Source: an uncultured delta proteobacterium
GTDB lineage: Bacteria > Myxococcota_A > Polyangia > Polyangiales > B10-G4
Length of the DNA stretch: 64,000 bases
NCBI GenBank assembly: GCA_963727445.1
Contig: CAVSGI010000009.1
Location: 544,001 to 608,000, forward strand
Reading direction: 5' to 3'
A program made the translations under genes and the position numbers. Below the pieces are notes generated by a model. The model was not told the DNA's origin. It did no database searches and was given only the letters and a program-made list of their open reading frames with translations. Each line of letters starts with the position of its first letter. The first letter of the stretch is position 1. This document shows, in pieces, positions 9,824-20,291 of this stretch.

Positions 9824-12800
9824 ATGAACCCCACGTCCGACATTCTCCGCGGCGAGCTCGAAAGGCTCTTCGAGCTCGACGACATGATGCGTCTCAGCAC
9901 CGACCTCCTCGGCTTCGATCCCGAGTCGGTCGGCAGCACGACCGGCAAGGGCGCCTTCGCGCGCGCGCTGGTCGATCACTGCGCAGGAGAGGACGCGCTC
10001 GAGGCCCTCGCCGACGCGATCATGATCTCGAAGGGCAGAGGTGCGTCGGACGGGATCTCGAAGGTGCTCGAGGGCGTCGACGGACCCGAGCTGTCACCGG
10101 GTACGGAGGTCGGCGGCTACCGCATCATGAAGAAGCTCGGCGCCGGAGCCATCGGCGTCGTCTACCTCGCCGACCGCAAGGGCGACGGAGACAACGGGGA
10201 GTCCCACGGACCGCGACGCGTCGCGATCAAGGTCATCAAGCGTACGCACACGCGTGACCGTGCGGCGGTCAGTCGCTACCTCACGGCGATGCGCGCGATG
10301 AAGAACATGCGCATCCCCGGCGTGGCGCAGGTCGCTGGTGTCGGCACCCTCGCCGATGGGCGTCCCTGGGTTGCGACCGAGTACGTCGAAGGGCAGAACC
10401 TCGCGGCCCGCATCTCCCGCATCGGCGCGATGCATTTCAACGAGGCGCGCGGCATCATCGTCAGCGTCCTGACTGCGCTTCGTGACCTTCATCAGAAGGG
10501 CATCGTTCACTCCGACGTGAAGAGCGAGAACGTCTTCCTCGTGCGTCCCGAGGGGCGGGACGGCTCGCGCGGCGAGCCGACCGGCGTCCTTGTCGACGGC
10601 GCCGTCGATCGGCTGATCGGGCGTGGAGCCGGGCTCCTCTCGGTCTCGGGAACGGCCAAGGCCCTGGACCCGCAGCTCGCGCGCGGCGAGAGCCCGAGCC
10701 CGCAGAGCGATCTCTACGCCGTGGGCGTGCTCCTCTACGAATTGGTGGCGGGCCGTCCGCCCTTCGAGGGCAAGAGCAGCATCGACGTGGTGGCAGCGCA
10801 CCTGACTCAGGAGCCCGAGCCGCCCTCGACCTACGCGCCCAAGGGCTGGGTGCTCGGGGCCCTCGACGAGGTCGCGCTCAAGGCGCTCGAAAAGGATCCG
10901 AAGGACCGCTTCCGCGACGCCGCCGAGTTCCTCGCTGCGGTCGAGACGGTCGCGAAGGCCAGCCGCGTGCCCCAGAAGAAGGCGGACCTCGACGAGGACG
11001 CGTTCTCGGCTGCGAAGGACAAGCTCCTCGCCGACCCGGCTGACGAGGATCTGGCCGTGAAGCTCGAGCGCGTCGCCGAGCCGGCGCACGCCTGGGAGAA
11101 GACGGCCGAGGCGCTCGCCGAGGCCGCGGAGAAGGCGGAGGACGCCGAGGTGAAGAAGGCGCTCTTCTTCCGCATCGCGCGCATTCAGGAGAACGAGCTC
11201 GAGGATCGCGAAGAGGCCGAGGAGGCCTACCGCTCGATCCTCGAGATCGACGACGAGGACGAGATCGCCTTCATCGGCATCGAGGAGCTCAAGCGCGCCG
11301 GACACGACGCAGAGGGGCTGGTCGAGGTGCTGCTCGAGAAGGCCGAGCGCGAAGAGGAGGCGAGCGCGCGTGCAGACGTGCTGCGCGAGATCGCGGGCCT
11401 CTACGAGGATCAGCTCGAGTCGGCCGACAACGCCTTCGTCGCCTAGGTGCAGGCGCTGGCGGACGATCCGCGCGACGAGCGCACCCAGCGCGAGGTGGCG
11501 CGCCTCGCCGGCAGCAGCGCCGAGAAGTGGAACGAGGCGATCAGCATCCTGAGCGAAAGCGCGCAGGACCCGGACGAGGACACCGACACGCCCGGGCTCT
11601 ACGTTCTGCTCGGCCGCTTCTACGGCGAGCAGGTGGCGCGGCCCGACTTCGCCATCCAGTGCTTCTCCAAGGCGCTCGAGCTCGACCCGAACAGCGATGA
11701 GGCCTACGACGGCACCGCGGCGCTCTACAAGCGCAGCCAGTCGTGGCAGGAGCTGGTCACGCTGCTCACCACCCGCGCCGACAAGGAGAAGAACCCAGCG
11801 CGCGCGCGTGATTTCCGCGCCGAGGCGGACGCGTCGTCTTCAAGAACATGGGCGACACCAAGGCGTCGGCTGCCGCGCTCTCGCAGATCCTGGAAGAGGA
11901 TCCCGCGCACCCCCTCGCCGCCGATCTGCTCGAAGAGATCTACGCCGAACAGAAGAACTGGAAGGACCTCGCGAAGCTCCTCGACACCCGCTCGCACAAC
12001 GAGAAGGGCGAGGCGAAGGTCGCGACCCTGGTGCGCATCGGTGAGCTCTTCGAGGATCGCCTCGACGACATCGAGAAGGCGCAGGTTCATTACGAGGCCG
12101 CCCTCGAGCACGATCCGAACGACCTCGAAGCCCTCAAGGGACTCGAGCGCATCTACGCGCGGACCGAGAAGTACAAGAAGCTCCTCGACGTGCTCGAGAA
12201 GCAGGTCGAGCACGTGGCGACGCCGCGGCAGCGCATCGCGCTCCTCGAGCGGATGGGCGGCATCCTGGAAGAGGAGTTCGTCGATCACGACCGCGCCATC
12301 GCGGCCTACGAGGCGGTGGTCGAGATCGAGCCGGGGCACGAGGGCGCGAACACCGCCCTGGCGCGCCTGTACCGTCAGGTGCAGCGCTTCGACGACCTGG
12401 CGATGACGCTGGATCGCCACGCCAAGTCCAGCACCGACGACGAGCGCAAGGTGCAGCTCCTGATCACCGCGGTGAAGGTCCTGATGCAGGACGTGGGTGC
12501 GCCCGAGCGCGCCCTCGGCATGGCCGAGCGCATCCTGGCGGTCGACCCGGAGCACAACGAGGCCTCGACCTGATGGCGCGCCTGCAGGCGCAGACCGGCG
12601 ACGCCGCCGCGGCCATCGACGCCACCGACCGTCTCGCCGAAGCCGAGAAGGACGGAGAGAAGAAGTGCGAGCTGTGGATCCGCGCGGGGCGCATGCTCGA
12701 GGACAAGGGCGACAACGACGGCGCCATCACCCGCTACAAGCGCGCTCTCGACGCACACCCCAAGTCGCCCGACGCCGCGGCGGCGCTGCGGAACCTCTAC

Positions 12801-15152
12801 ACGGGACGCGGCGACGCGCACGGCGCGGTCGAGCTGCTCGCGCGCGAGCTCGAAGTCACCGACGGCTCGGTCGCCAAGTCCAAGCTCTACGCGGAGATGG
12901 GCAACCTCTACGTCGAACGCATCGAAGACGACAAGAAGGCCCGCGAGGCCTACGAGAAGGCGCTCGAGCTCGACCCGACGTGTACGCCCGCGGCCTACGG
13001 TCTCGCCAAGATGGCCCATGCCGCGAAGAACTGGGCGGACGCCGCGAAGTACGCCGAGCCACTCCTCACGCGTGCTTCGGAGATGGAGCCAGCGGCGGCG
13101 CGCGAGCTCTGCGTCATGTGCGGCGACGCGCTCAGCGAGCTCGGGCAGTACGACAACGCGCAGCGGGCGTATCTGAACGCCAAGGCCTTCGCGCCGGACG
13201 ATCGAGAGGTCATGGAGCGTGTGGCCGACGTCACCTTCCGCGCGGGCGCCGCCGACGAGGCCGCCGAGCTCTACCGCGAGCTGAACAAGCGCTTCGGGCG
13301 CGAGCTCTCGGGCGGCGAGCGCGGCTTCATCCTGTACCGCCTCGGCGAGTCGTCGCGTCGCGCCGGCAACGGCAAGGAAGCGATCCTGGTGCTCAAGGAG
13401 GCGGCGGACCTCATGCCGGAGTCGCCGGATCCGCTCGACTCGTTGGCCAAGGTCTACGAGGACCAGGGCAACTGGGACAACGTCGTGCGCACGCACCGCC
13501 AGCGGATGGAGAACGCGGCGGACGACGAGCGCTTCGGCCTCTTGGTGAAGGTGGGCGACATCCTCCTCGAGAAGATGGGCGACCGCGCCAAGGCGTCGAA
13601 GAGCTACACCGCCGCGCTCGAGATCCACGCCGACGATCGCAACCTGCTCACCAAGCTCATGGGGCTCTACTCCGAGAGCAAGGATTGGTCGCGGCTGGTC
13701 GAGGTCATCCTGCGCATCTCGGAGCTGATCGACGACCCGAAGCAGCTGTCGAAGTACTACAACACCGCGGCCGCGATCTGCCATCAGGAGCTCGGGCGAC
13801 TGGACGAGGCCGCCGACTACTACGAGCAGGCGCTCGAGAACGACCCGTCCCTCGACAAGGCCTTCGAAGGGCTGGTGGACTGCTACGGCAAGAAGCTCGA
13901 GTGGACCGGTCTGGCCGACGCCTACAAGAAGCAGATCGAGCGTCGCGCCGCCGACGCGCCGGAGAAGCGCGCCGCGCTCTACGACGCGCTGGCCGAGGTT
14001 CTGCAGCACCGCCTCTCGGAGCCTTCCGAGGCCGTCGAGGCCTACGAGAAGGCGCAGGAGCTCGACCCGGACAACCGCGCCCGCGCCGAGAAGCTCGCGA
14101 GCATCTACGAGTCGGATCCGAAGCGGTATTTCTCGCGCGCCGTCCGCGCGCACTCGGTGATCCTCGCCAAGAGCCCGTATCGCGTGGAGAGCTATCAGGC
14201 GCTCAGAAAGCTCTACACCGACATGAAGAAGCCGGACGAGAGCTGGCTGGTCTGTCAGACGCTCACCGCGCTCAGCATGGCCGAGCCGGACGAGGCCGCA
14301 TTCTTCAAGAAGCATCGCCAGCGTTCGCCCGCGAACGCGCAGGAGTTCCTGAACGAGGAGATGTGGTTCAACAACCTCGTCCACGGCACCCAGGACCCTC
14401 TGCTCACGGGTATCTTCGCCGTCATCACCCCCGCGGTGATCAAGGCGCGGCAGCAGCCGCTCTCCGCCTTCAAGGTGGACGGTGGCGCGCGCGACCCCGA
14501 AAAGGACGACGCCGCCATGGCGCAGACGCTCCAGTGGGCGTCGACCGTGTCTCAGATCGCGCTACCGGAGCTCTACTATCGGCCGAGCGATCCCGGCGGG
14601 CTCAGCTTCCTCTTCACCGACCCGCCGGCGATCGGCCTCGGCAAGGGCGCCCTCGCCGGCGGTCCGAGTCAGGCGCTGGCCTTCGTCGCCGGTCGCCACC
14701 TCGCCTATTTCCGTCCCGGCTTCTACCTCCGACATCTGGTGCCCACGGGCAGCGGCCTGAGGGCCTGGCTCCTCGCCTCGATCCAGATGGTGCAGCCGCA
14801 GTTCCCGGTGCCGGCCAACCTGGGCGGGCCCACCAAGGAGGCGCTCGGCGCTCTCAAGGAACACCTCACCGGTCAGAAGAAGGACGAGCTCACCAGCCTG
14901 GTGAACAAGCTCCTCGCCGCCTCGCCCAGCCTCGACATGAAGAAGTGGGTCGCCGCGGTGGACATCACCGCCGACCGCCTCGGCTTCGTCCTGGCGAACA
15001 GCCTGGAGATCGCCCTCGCCATCGTGAAGGCCAGCCCCGAGGACTCCGCCGGCGTGAGCCAAAAGGACCGGCTCAAGGAGCTCTACCTCTACTCGATCAG
15101 CGAGGAGTACATGGGCCTGAGGCACAAGCTGGGCATCGCCATCGGCGATTAG
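9824..15152 (+). CDS. Giant protein: divergent Ser/Thr kinase domain, long TPR array and an AgmK/GltI-like C-terminal domain. Broken by an in-frame TAG (11444) and frameshifts (about 11831 and 12565)
   Basis: GAGAIG, VAIK, HSDVKSEN; TPR sense continues across ORF fragments 9824-11446, 11447-, 11848-12573 and 12573-15152. Confidence 0.75.
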
Positions 15153-15197
15153 AGCCCGGGCCATCGGCGACTGACGCCCGGGCCATCCGCGATTGAC
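15138..15197. repeat. Three degenerate 22-bp direct repeats of the gene end
   Basis: GCCATCGGCGATTAG.. / GCCATCGGCGACTGA.. / GCCATCCGCGATTGA at 15138, 15160 and 15182. Confidence 0.7.
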
Positions 15198-15283
15198 AGT
15201 TGCGGACCCGGGGCCGCGTGCACACAAGTGGATCTTTCCAGGGGAGAATCCTCCCCGCTTCGCCGTAAGCCGAAACACTCGCA

Positions 15284-16276
15284 TTGCCGTCTACACCGAC
15301 CCCTCAATCCATCCGCAATCGCTGCACGCTGTATCGCCCGATCGACCGGGTCGCTGCACCGAGACCGAGATTGCGGGGGGCGCTCGAAGGGGTGGTGGCC
15401 GAGGTCGGCCCGGACGCAGCCGCCTCCGACGTTCAGGGGTTCACGCTGGTCGCCATCGGCCAGGGGTCGTGGCTGCGGCGCTTCCTGCCGGCGATCCGCG
15501 ACGCGCACATGGTGGTGGGACGGCACACGGAGTGCGAGCTCTCGCTCCAGGGAGACCCGACGGTCTCGCTGAGGCATCTGCTCCTGCGCGCCATTCGGCT
15601 CGAGGACGGCACGCCGGCGATGCGGGTGCTCGATCTGGAGACGCCGCTCGGATTCGGGATCGAAGATGGGACGCCGGTGCGATCCGTCGTCGTCACCGGG
15701 CCCTTCGCGATCGCGGTGGGCGATTGGGTGCTGGCCGGGGTTCCTCACGGCCCCCGTCCCCCAGCGGTGGAGGGAGGCGATGGGCCCTATCGGGTCCCGG
15801 CGCCGGAGCTGCACATGTCGCACGAGGTACCGCGTCGCGTCGCGGGCGACGTTCGCCGCTCGCACATCACGCTCCTGCCGGCGGCGTCGTCGCTGGTGGG
15901 AGCGCCGCGCCAGTGGGCGGTGCAGATGTTGACCCTTCGCCGAGGGCATCGCGAAGCGCAGGTCGGCATCACCCACGAGGCGCTCGAGCGCGGCATCCTC
16001 ATCGGGCGCTACGAGCGGTGCGTGACGGGGGGGCTTCGCGAGCTGCTCAGTCAGTCCATCTCGCGCGCGCACGCGCTGATCCTGCGCACCGAAGGCGAGG
16101 ATTGCATCTACGACCTCGCCTCCACGCAGGGGCTCTACATGGTCACCGATGGGCTCTTCGCCGGGTCGAACGGCGGCCGCATCAAGGGCGCCACTCTGCC
16201 GCGGCGCGGTGCGCGGATCCGCCTCGGGGTCGAGGACCCCGTGGAGCTCGTCTGGCCCGCCCAGCTCGACGCCTGA
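15284..16276 (+). CDS. Protein with two FHA-like domains
   Basis: VGRH...PTVSLRH and IGRY...SISRAH...DLASTQG (GR and SxxH motifs); start uncertain. Confidence 0.7.
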   Translation: MPSTPTPQSIRNRCTLYRPIDRVAAPRPRLRGALEGVVAEVGPDAAASDVQGFTLVAIGQGSWLRRFLPAIRDAHMVVGRHTECELSLQGDPTVSLRHLLLRAIRLEDGTPAMRVLDLETPLGFGIEDGTPVRSVVVTGPFAIAVGDWVLAGVPHGPRPPAVEGGDGPYRVPAPELHMSHEVPRRVAGDVRRSHITLLPAASSLVGAPRQWAVQMLTLRRGHREAQVGITHEALERGILIGRYERCVTGGLRELLSQSISRAHALILRTEGEDCIYDLASTQGLYMVTDGLFAGSNGGRIKGATLPRRGARIRLGVEDPVELVWPAQLDA

Positions 16277-16329
16277 GCCTTTGAAGATCGCTGGCGCCAC
16301 TGCGTCCGACGCCCGCGAGGTATGTTGGG

Positions 16330-17631
16330 ATGATGGATGGACGCGCGCGGCTGGTGTGCTTGGTCGCTTCGGTTTTGGTCGGCTGCGGTGGTGATCCAAT
16401 GCGCAGGCCCGCTGGGGACGGCGCGGTGGACGCCGCTGGCGACAGCGGTGTAGGCGACGGAGAGGCGGGCGACGGGAGCGCGGATGGCGCGACGCCGGAT
16501 GCGGACGCGGCAGCAAGCGACGCCGAGTCGGCCGATGCGGGCGATGGGAGCATCGCCGACGCGGGGAGCGCCGACGGCATGGCCGCCGACACCGGGATGC
16601 CCCTCGACACGAGCCCAACGCGCTTCACGCTCCCATTCACCCCATACGACTTCGACGTCGACTCGAGCGGTCGCTTCGCCGTGGCGGGACGACAGCGTAT
16701 CGGTACCACGACCAACGTCGGCCTCACCTGCGGCGAGCCGCTTCGCACCGTGACCCTCGGCACCGAGAATCCCACCGGGGCGATGGTGCGGCGGAGCCGG
16801 ACCAGCGGGCGGACCTACATCGCGATCGAGGTCTTCGGAGCGGCGAGCCTTCGCGCATGGGTGATGGAGTCGACGAACGGGGACTGCGATCGGCCCCTGC
16901 TTCCGGCTCACACCTTCGATGCCGCGTGGGTGAGTGGGTCGTTTCAGGCGGAGGTCGTGCACGACCTGGACGTGACGGACGCGGGGTTGGCCTGGGTCCT
17001 CACCAGCTACGGGGACGAGGTGCGGCTCACGCGATTCGATGGCGTCGCGCGCGGTGAGTCGCGCGGCGTCAGCTGCTTTCCGTCCTTCGGGCCGGATGCG
17101 GTTCGGATGGCGCTCGACCCGGCGACGGGCGCGGGGGCGGTGGCGTGCGCCTCGTCGCTCAGCGGGATCGAGATCCGCCGCTTCGACGCGAGCGGCTGGA
17201 TGGGCACGGGGTTCGTCGCGCTCGCGGGCACCGACAGCATCTTTCCGCAGACACTCGAGATGTCGATCGACGATGCGGGCGTCGTCGCTCTTTCATGGCG
17301 TGGTTGGGGTATGCCTGTCACGACGGAGAGTCGGCACGTGACCACCATCGACGCGGCCGGTGCGGTGAACGACCTCGATCTCGGGGCGTCAGCGAGCGTC
17401 GGCGCGGCCGGGTACGAGGACTTCGTTCGCGATCGGCGCCTGCCCGCGGATTTCGTCCTGGTGGAGAGGGCGGCGCGGACGCTCAGTCGCTATTCGGCCG
17501 TGCCAGCGTTGGCCGGCAGCGGCACCGCGCCGCTCTACGTCTACTCGTCGCCGGTGCGGGCGGATGGGTACGGACGGGCTTACGCGTTCGACAGCATCGA
17601 GCTCACACGCTCCGACTTCACGCTGCCGTGA
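16330..17631 (+). CDS. Hypothetical lipoprotein with a D/A/G-rich linker and beta-rich C-terminus
   Basis: VLVGC lipobox. Confidence 0.65.
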   Translation: MMDGRARLVCLVASVLVGCGGDPMRRPAGDGAVDAAGDSGVGDGEAGDGSADGATPDADAAASDAESADAGDGSIADAGSADGMAADTGMPLDTSPTRFTLPFTPYDFDVDSSGRFAVAGRQRIGTTTNVGLTCGEPLRTVTLGTENPTGAMVRRSRTSGRTYIAIEVFGAASLRAWVMESTNGDCDRPLLPAHTFDAAWVSGSFQAEVVHDLDVTDAGLAWVLTSYGDEVRLTRFDGVARGESRGVSCFPSFGPDAVRMALDPATGAGAVACASSLSGIEIRRFDASGWMGTGFVALAGTDSIFPQTLEMSIDDAGVVALSWRGWGMPVTTESRHVTTIDAAGAVNDLDLGASASVGAAGYEDFVRDRRLPADFVLVERAARTLSRYSAVPALAGSGTAPLYVYSSPVRADGYGRAYAFDSIELTRSDFTLP

Positions 17632-19156
17632 GCGAGAGCTTCCAGCGCTTGCGCTTCGGGTCTCGGCCGACGACGCGAACCGTCACCGCGTCCCCGAGGC
17701 GCAGGAAGATCTTGCCGTCGGCTTCGCGGAGCGTGACCTGATCGCGGCCGATGGAGAGCTGCTGGTGCGCGGCTTCGCTCACGTGGGAGACGTAGGCCTT
17801 CACGTCGAGGGGTGGGTCGTCGATGAGGACGTACACCTTGCCGTGCGCGAGGCCGACCACGGTGCCCTCGCCCGAGAAGCCGTGCTCGAAGACGTCGTCG
17901 AGGACGAGCTCGTTCGCGCGCTCGTTGAGGGTGCGCTGTAGATCGCGAGAGCGGTTGGCGGAGCGGACGACCTCCTCCTGGACCGCGACGTTTTCTTTTT
18001 CGGGCTCGGGCGTGACGCCACCCAGCGCCTCCCAGAGCTCCTTGTGCAGATAGATGCCGACGATCTCGCGCATGGGCGCGCTGAAGCGCGCGTAGACATC
18101 GGCGCCGACGCCGTAGTGGATGCCGGGCTCGCTCCGATACGACGCGCGCCCGTTGACCATCACCGCCTGCCGGTGCACCGCGCGCGCGATACGCCCGAGG
18201 CGGCCTTCTTTCGGAAGGTCGTCGAGCCACTCCGCCATGGAGCTCGCGCGACGCGGATCCCACGCGTCTTTCGGGAGGCTCTGGACCTTTCGGAGCGCGG
18301 TGAGCAGACCCTTCAGGTCGGCCTCCTTGTCGCGCTCGGGTGGCGGATGGACGCGGAAGATGGGCTGCACCCGCGCGTCGCCGTGGTGCTTCTGCAGGAT
18401 GCGTGCGCCCTCGACGTTGCAGAGGAGCGAGAGCTGCTCGTTGTAGCGCTCGACCGGGTGCCGCACCGCTTCGCTGACGACGAAGCGCATCCCGTGGACG
18501 CCGACCTCGAGCTCGTGGCGGCGATAGCGCACCACGTCGCGCTCCCGTGCTTCGTGCATGCGCAACAGGCCGACGTCGCGGAGCGCCTCGAGGCTCGCAG
18601 GGACGCCCTCGGACAGCCCGGCAGCGTCGCCGTCGTCATAGAAGGATTGGACGCGATCGAAGGAGAGCTTGTGCCGGCTGTGGATTCGCGCGCGGACGAC
18701 GTCGGTCTCCACCACCTTGCCCCGGGCGTCGAGGCGGGTGCGGAAGACGGTGGAGCGGCGGTCGACCTCGGGGCCGAGGGAGACCAAGCCTTCGGAGAGC
18801 TCGCGGGGGAGCATGGGGACCATCGTCGTCGGCAGGTAATAGCTCGCGCCTCGGGCGAGGGCCTCGGCCCAGAGCGCCGAGCCCGGTCGCACGTAATAAG
18901 CCGCGTCGGCGAGGGCGTAGTGGACCAGATAGCCGTCGCCGTCGCGCTTCACCCAGGCCGCCTGATCGAGGTCCCTCGAGGATTGGTGGTCGATGGTCAC
19001 GAAGGGCAGTCCGGTCCAGTCCTCGAGCGTCGGGTCGTCGATGCCGGGGCGCTGTTGCCACTGCGCCGTCTCGTCGCGCACCGCGGGCGGGAACGTTTCC
19101 TCGATTCCCTCCTCGGCGAGCAGGGCCCGCATCTCGGATTCGGGGGTGGCGGCCAT
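17618..19156 (-). CDS. RNB-domain exoribonuclease (RNase II/R family) with an S1-like C-terminus
   Basis: FVTIDHQSSRDLDQA, YYLP..VPMLP..LS..SL and YARFSAPMRE motifs. Confidence 0.85.
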   Translation of the reverse strand: MAATPESEMRALLAEEGIEETFPPAVRDETAQWQQRPGIDDPTLEDWTGLPFVTIDHQSSRDLDQAAWVKRDGDGYLVHYALADAAYYVRPGSALWAEALARGASYYLPTTMVPMLPRELSEGLVSLGPEVDRRSTVFRTRLDARGKVVETDVVRARIHSRHKLSFDRVQSFYDDGDAAGLSEGVPASLEALRDVGLLRMHEARERDVVRYRRHELEVGVHGMRFVVSEAVRHPVERYNEQLSLLCNVEGARILQKHHGDARVQPIFRVHPPPERDKEADLKGLLTALRKVQSLPKDAWDPRRASSMAEWLDDLPKEGRLGRIARAVHRQAVMVNGRASYRSEPGIHYGVGADVYARFSAPMREIVGIYLHKELWEALGGVTPEPEKENVAVQEEVVRSANRSRDLQRTLNERANELVLDDVFEHGFSGEGTVVGLAHGKVYVLIDDPPLDVKAYVSHVSEAAHQQLSIGRDQVTLREADGKIFLRLGDAVTVRVVGRDPKRKRWKLSLTAA

Positions 19157-19238
19157 CGAGGCGCATTGTAGCGTCTCCGCCACGCTGGGCGGCGTTGGTC
19201 ATCGACAGGGCGCGCGGTCGGCGTTACGGTTTTACCGC

Positions 19239-20291
19239 GTGGCGAGCGCTTCAGAGTCAGCGGCGGCAGGGGTCGGCGACGGGCCGGAGACGACCGCCGA
19301 CGTCGAGGTCATGGACGCGGAGCTCCTCTTGCGTCTCTCCGGGCCGAACAGCGCGCATCTGAGGACGCTCGAAGGTGCGCTCGGGGTGAGCCTGGGCCTT
19401 CGGGGTCACACCATTCTGGTGCAGGGGCAGACCGACGCCGTCGACCAGGCGGTGCGGGTGCTCCTCGAGCTGGTCGATGTGCTGGGGCGCGGGAAGAACA
19501 TGTCCGGTGTGGAGATGGCGCGCGCGGCGCGGACGCTCCAGCGCTATCCGGAAGTGAAGCTGCGCGACCTCTTCGACGACGTGGTCCTGGTGGCGTCGCA
19601 GAAGAAGGCCATCGCTCCGAAGGGCATCGCGCAGCAGATCTACATCCAGGCGATTCGCGACTTCGACGTGGTCTTCGGCATCGGGCCGGCGGGTACCGGC
19701 AAGACTTACCTGGCGATGGCCATGGCCGTGCGCGCGCTTCAGTCGAAGCTGGTCAAGCGGATCATCCTGACGCGGCCGGCGGTCGAGGCCGGCGAGAAGC
19801 TGGGGTTCTTGCCGGGTGATCTCGCGGAGAAGGTGAATCCGTATCTCCGGCCGCTCTACGATGCGCTCCACGACATGATGGACATCGACAAGGCGCAGGC
19901 GTTGCTCGCCCGCGGCACCATCGAAGTCGCGCCGCTGGCGTTCATGCGCGGCCGGACGCTCAACGACAGCTTCGTGATCCTGGACGAAGCGCAGAACACC
20001 ACGCCGGACCAGATGAAGATGTTCTTGACGCGCCTCGGCTTCGAGTCGAAGGCGGTGATCACCGGCGACGCGACGCAGACCGATCTACCCGAAGGGCGGC
20101 GCAGCGGGTTGGCCGACGCGGCGAATCTCCTCGGAAAGATAGAGGGGATCCGCGTCTGTCACTTCACCGACGCCGACGTGGTGCGGCACCCCCTCGTGCA
20201 ACGCATCGTCCGGGCGTACGATGGGCGCGACGCCAGGCGCGAGGCGCAGCGTCAGGCCGAGGAAGAGGAGAGCGGGGGAGACGAGACGTGA
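19239..20291 (+). CDS. phoH: PhoH family ATPase
   Basis: GPAGTGKT, RPAVEAGEKLGFLPG, MRGRTL, LDEAQN and VVRHPLV. Confidence 0.95.
   Translation: MASASESAAAGVGDGPETTADVEVMDAELLLRLSGPNSAHLRTLEGALGVSLGLRGHTILVQGQTDAVDQAVRVLLELVDVLGRGKNMSGVEMARAARTLQRYPEVKLRDLFDDVVLVASQKKAIAPKGIAQQIYIQAIRDFDVVFGIGPAGTGKTYLAMAMAVRALQSKLVKRIILTRPAVEAGEKLGFLPGDLAEKVNPYLRPLYDALHDMMDIDKAQALLARGTIEVAPLAFMRGRTLNDSFVILDEAQNTTPDQMKMFLTRLGFESKAVITGDATQTDLPEGRRSGLADAANLLGKIEGIRVCHFTDADVVRHPLVQRIVRAYDGRDARREAQRQAEEEESGGDET

Noticed and set aside
11444..11446. Stop-codon recoding (pyrrolysine or amber readthrough)
   Set aside because: TAG is a normal stop elsewhere (15150, 54586, 57863), the context fits TGG (AFVAWVQAL), and the same gene has other errors
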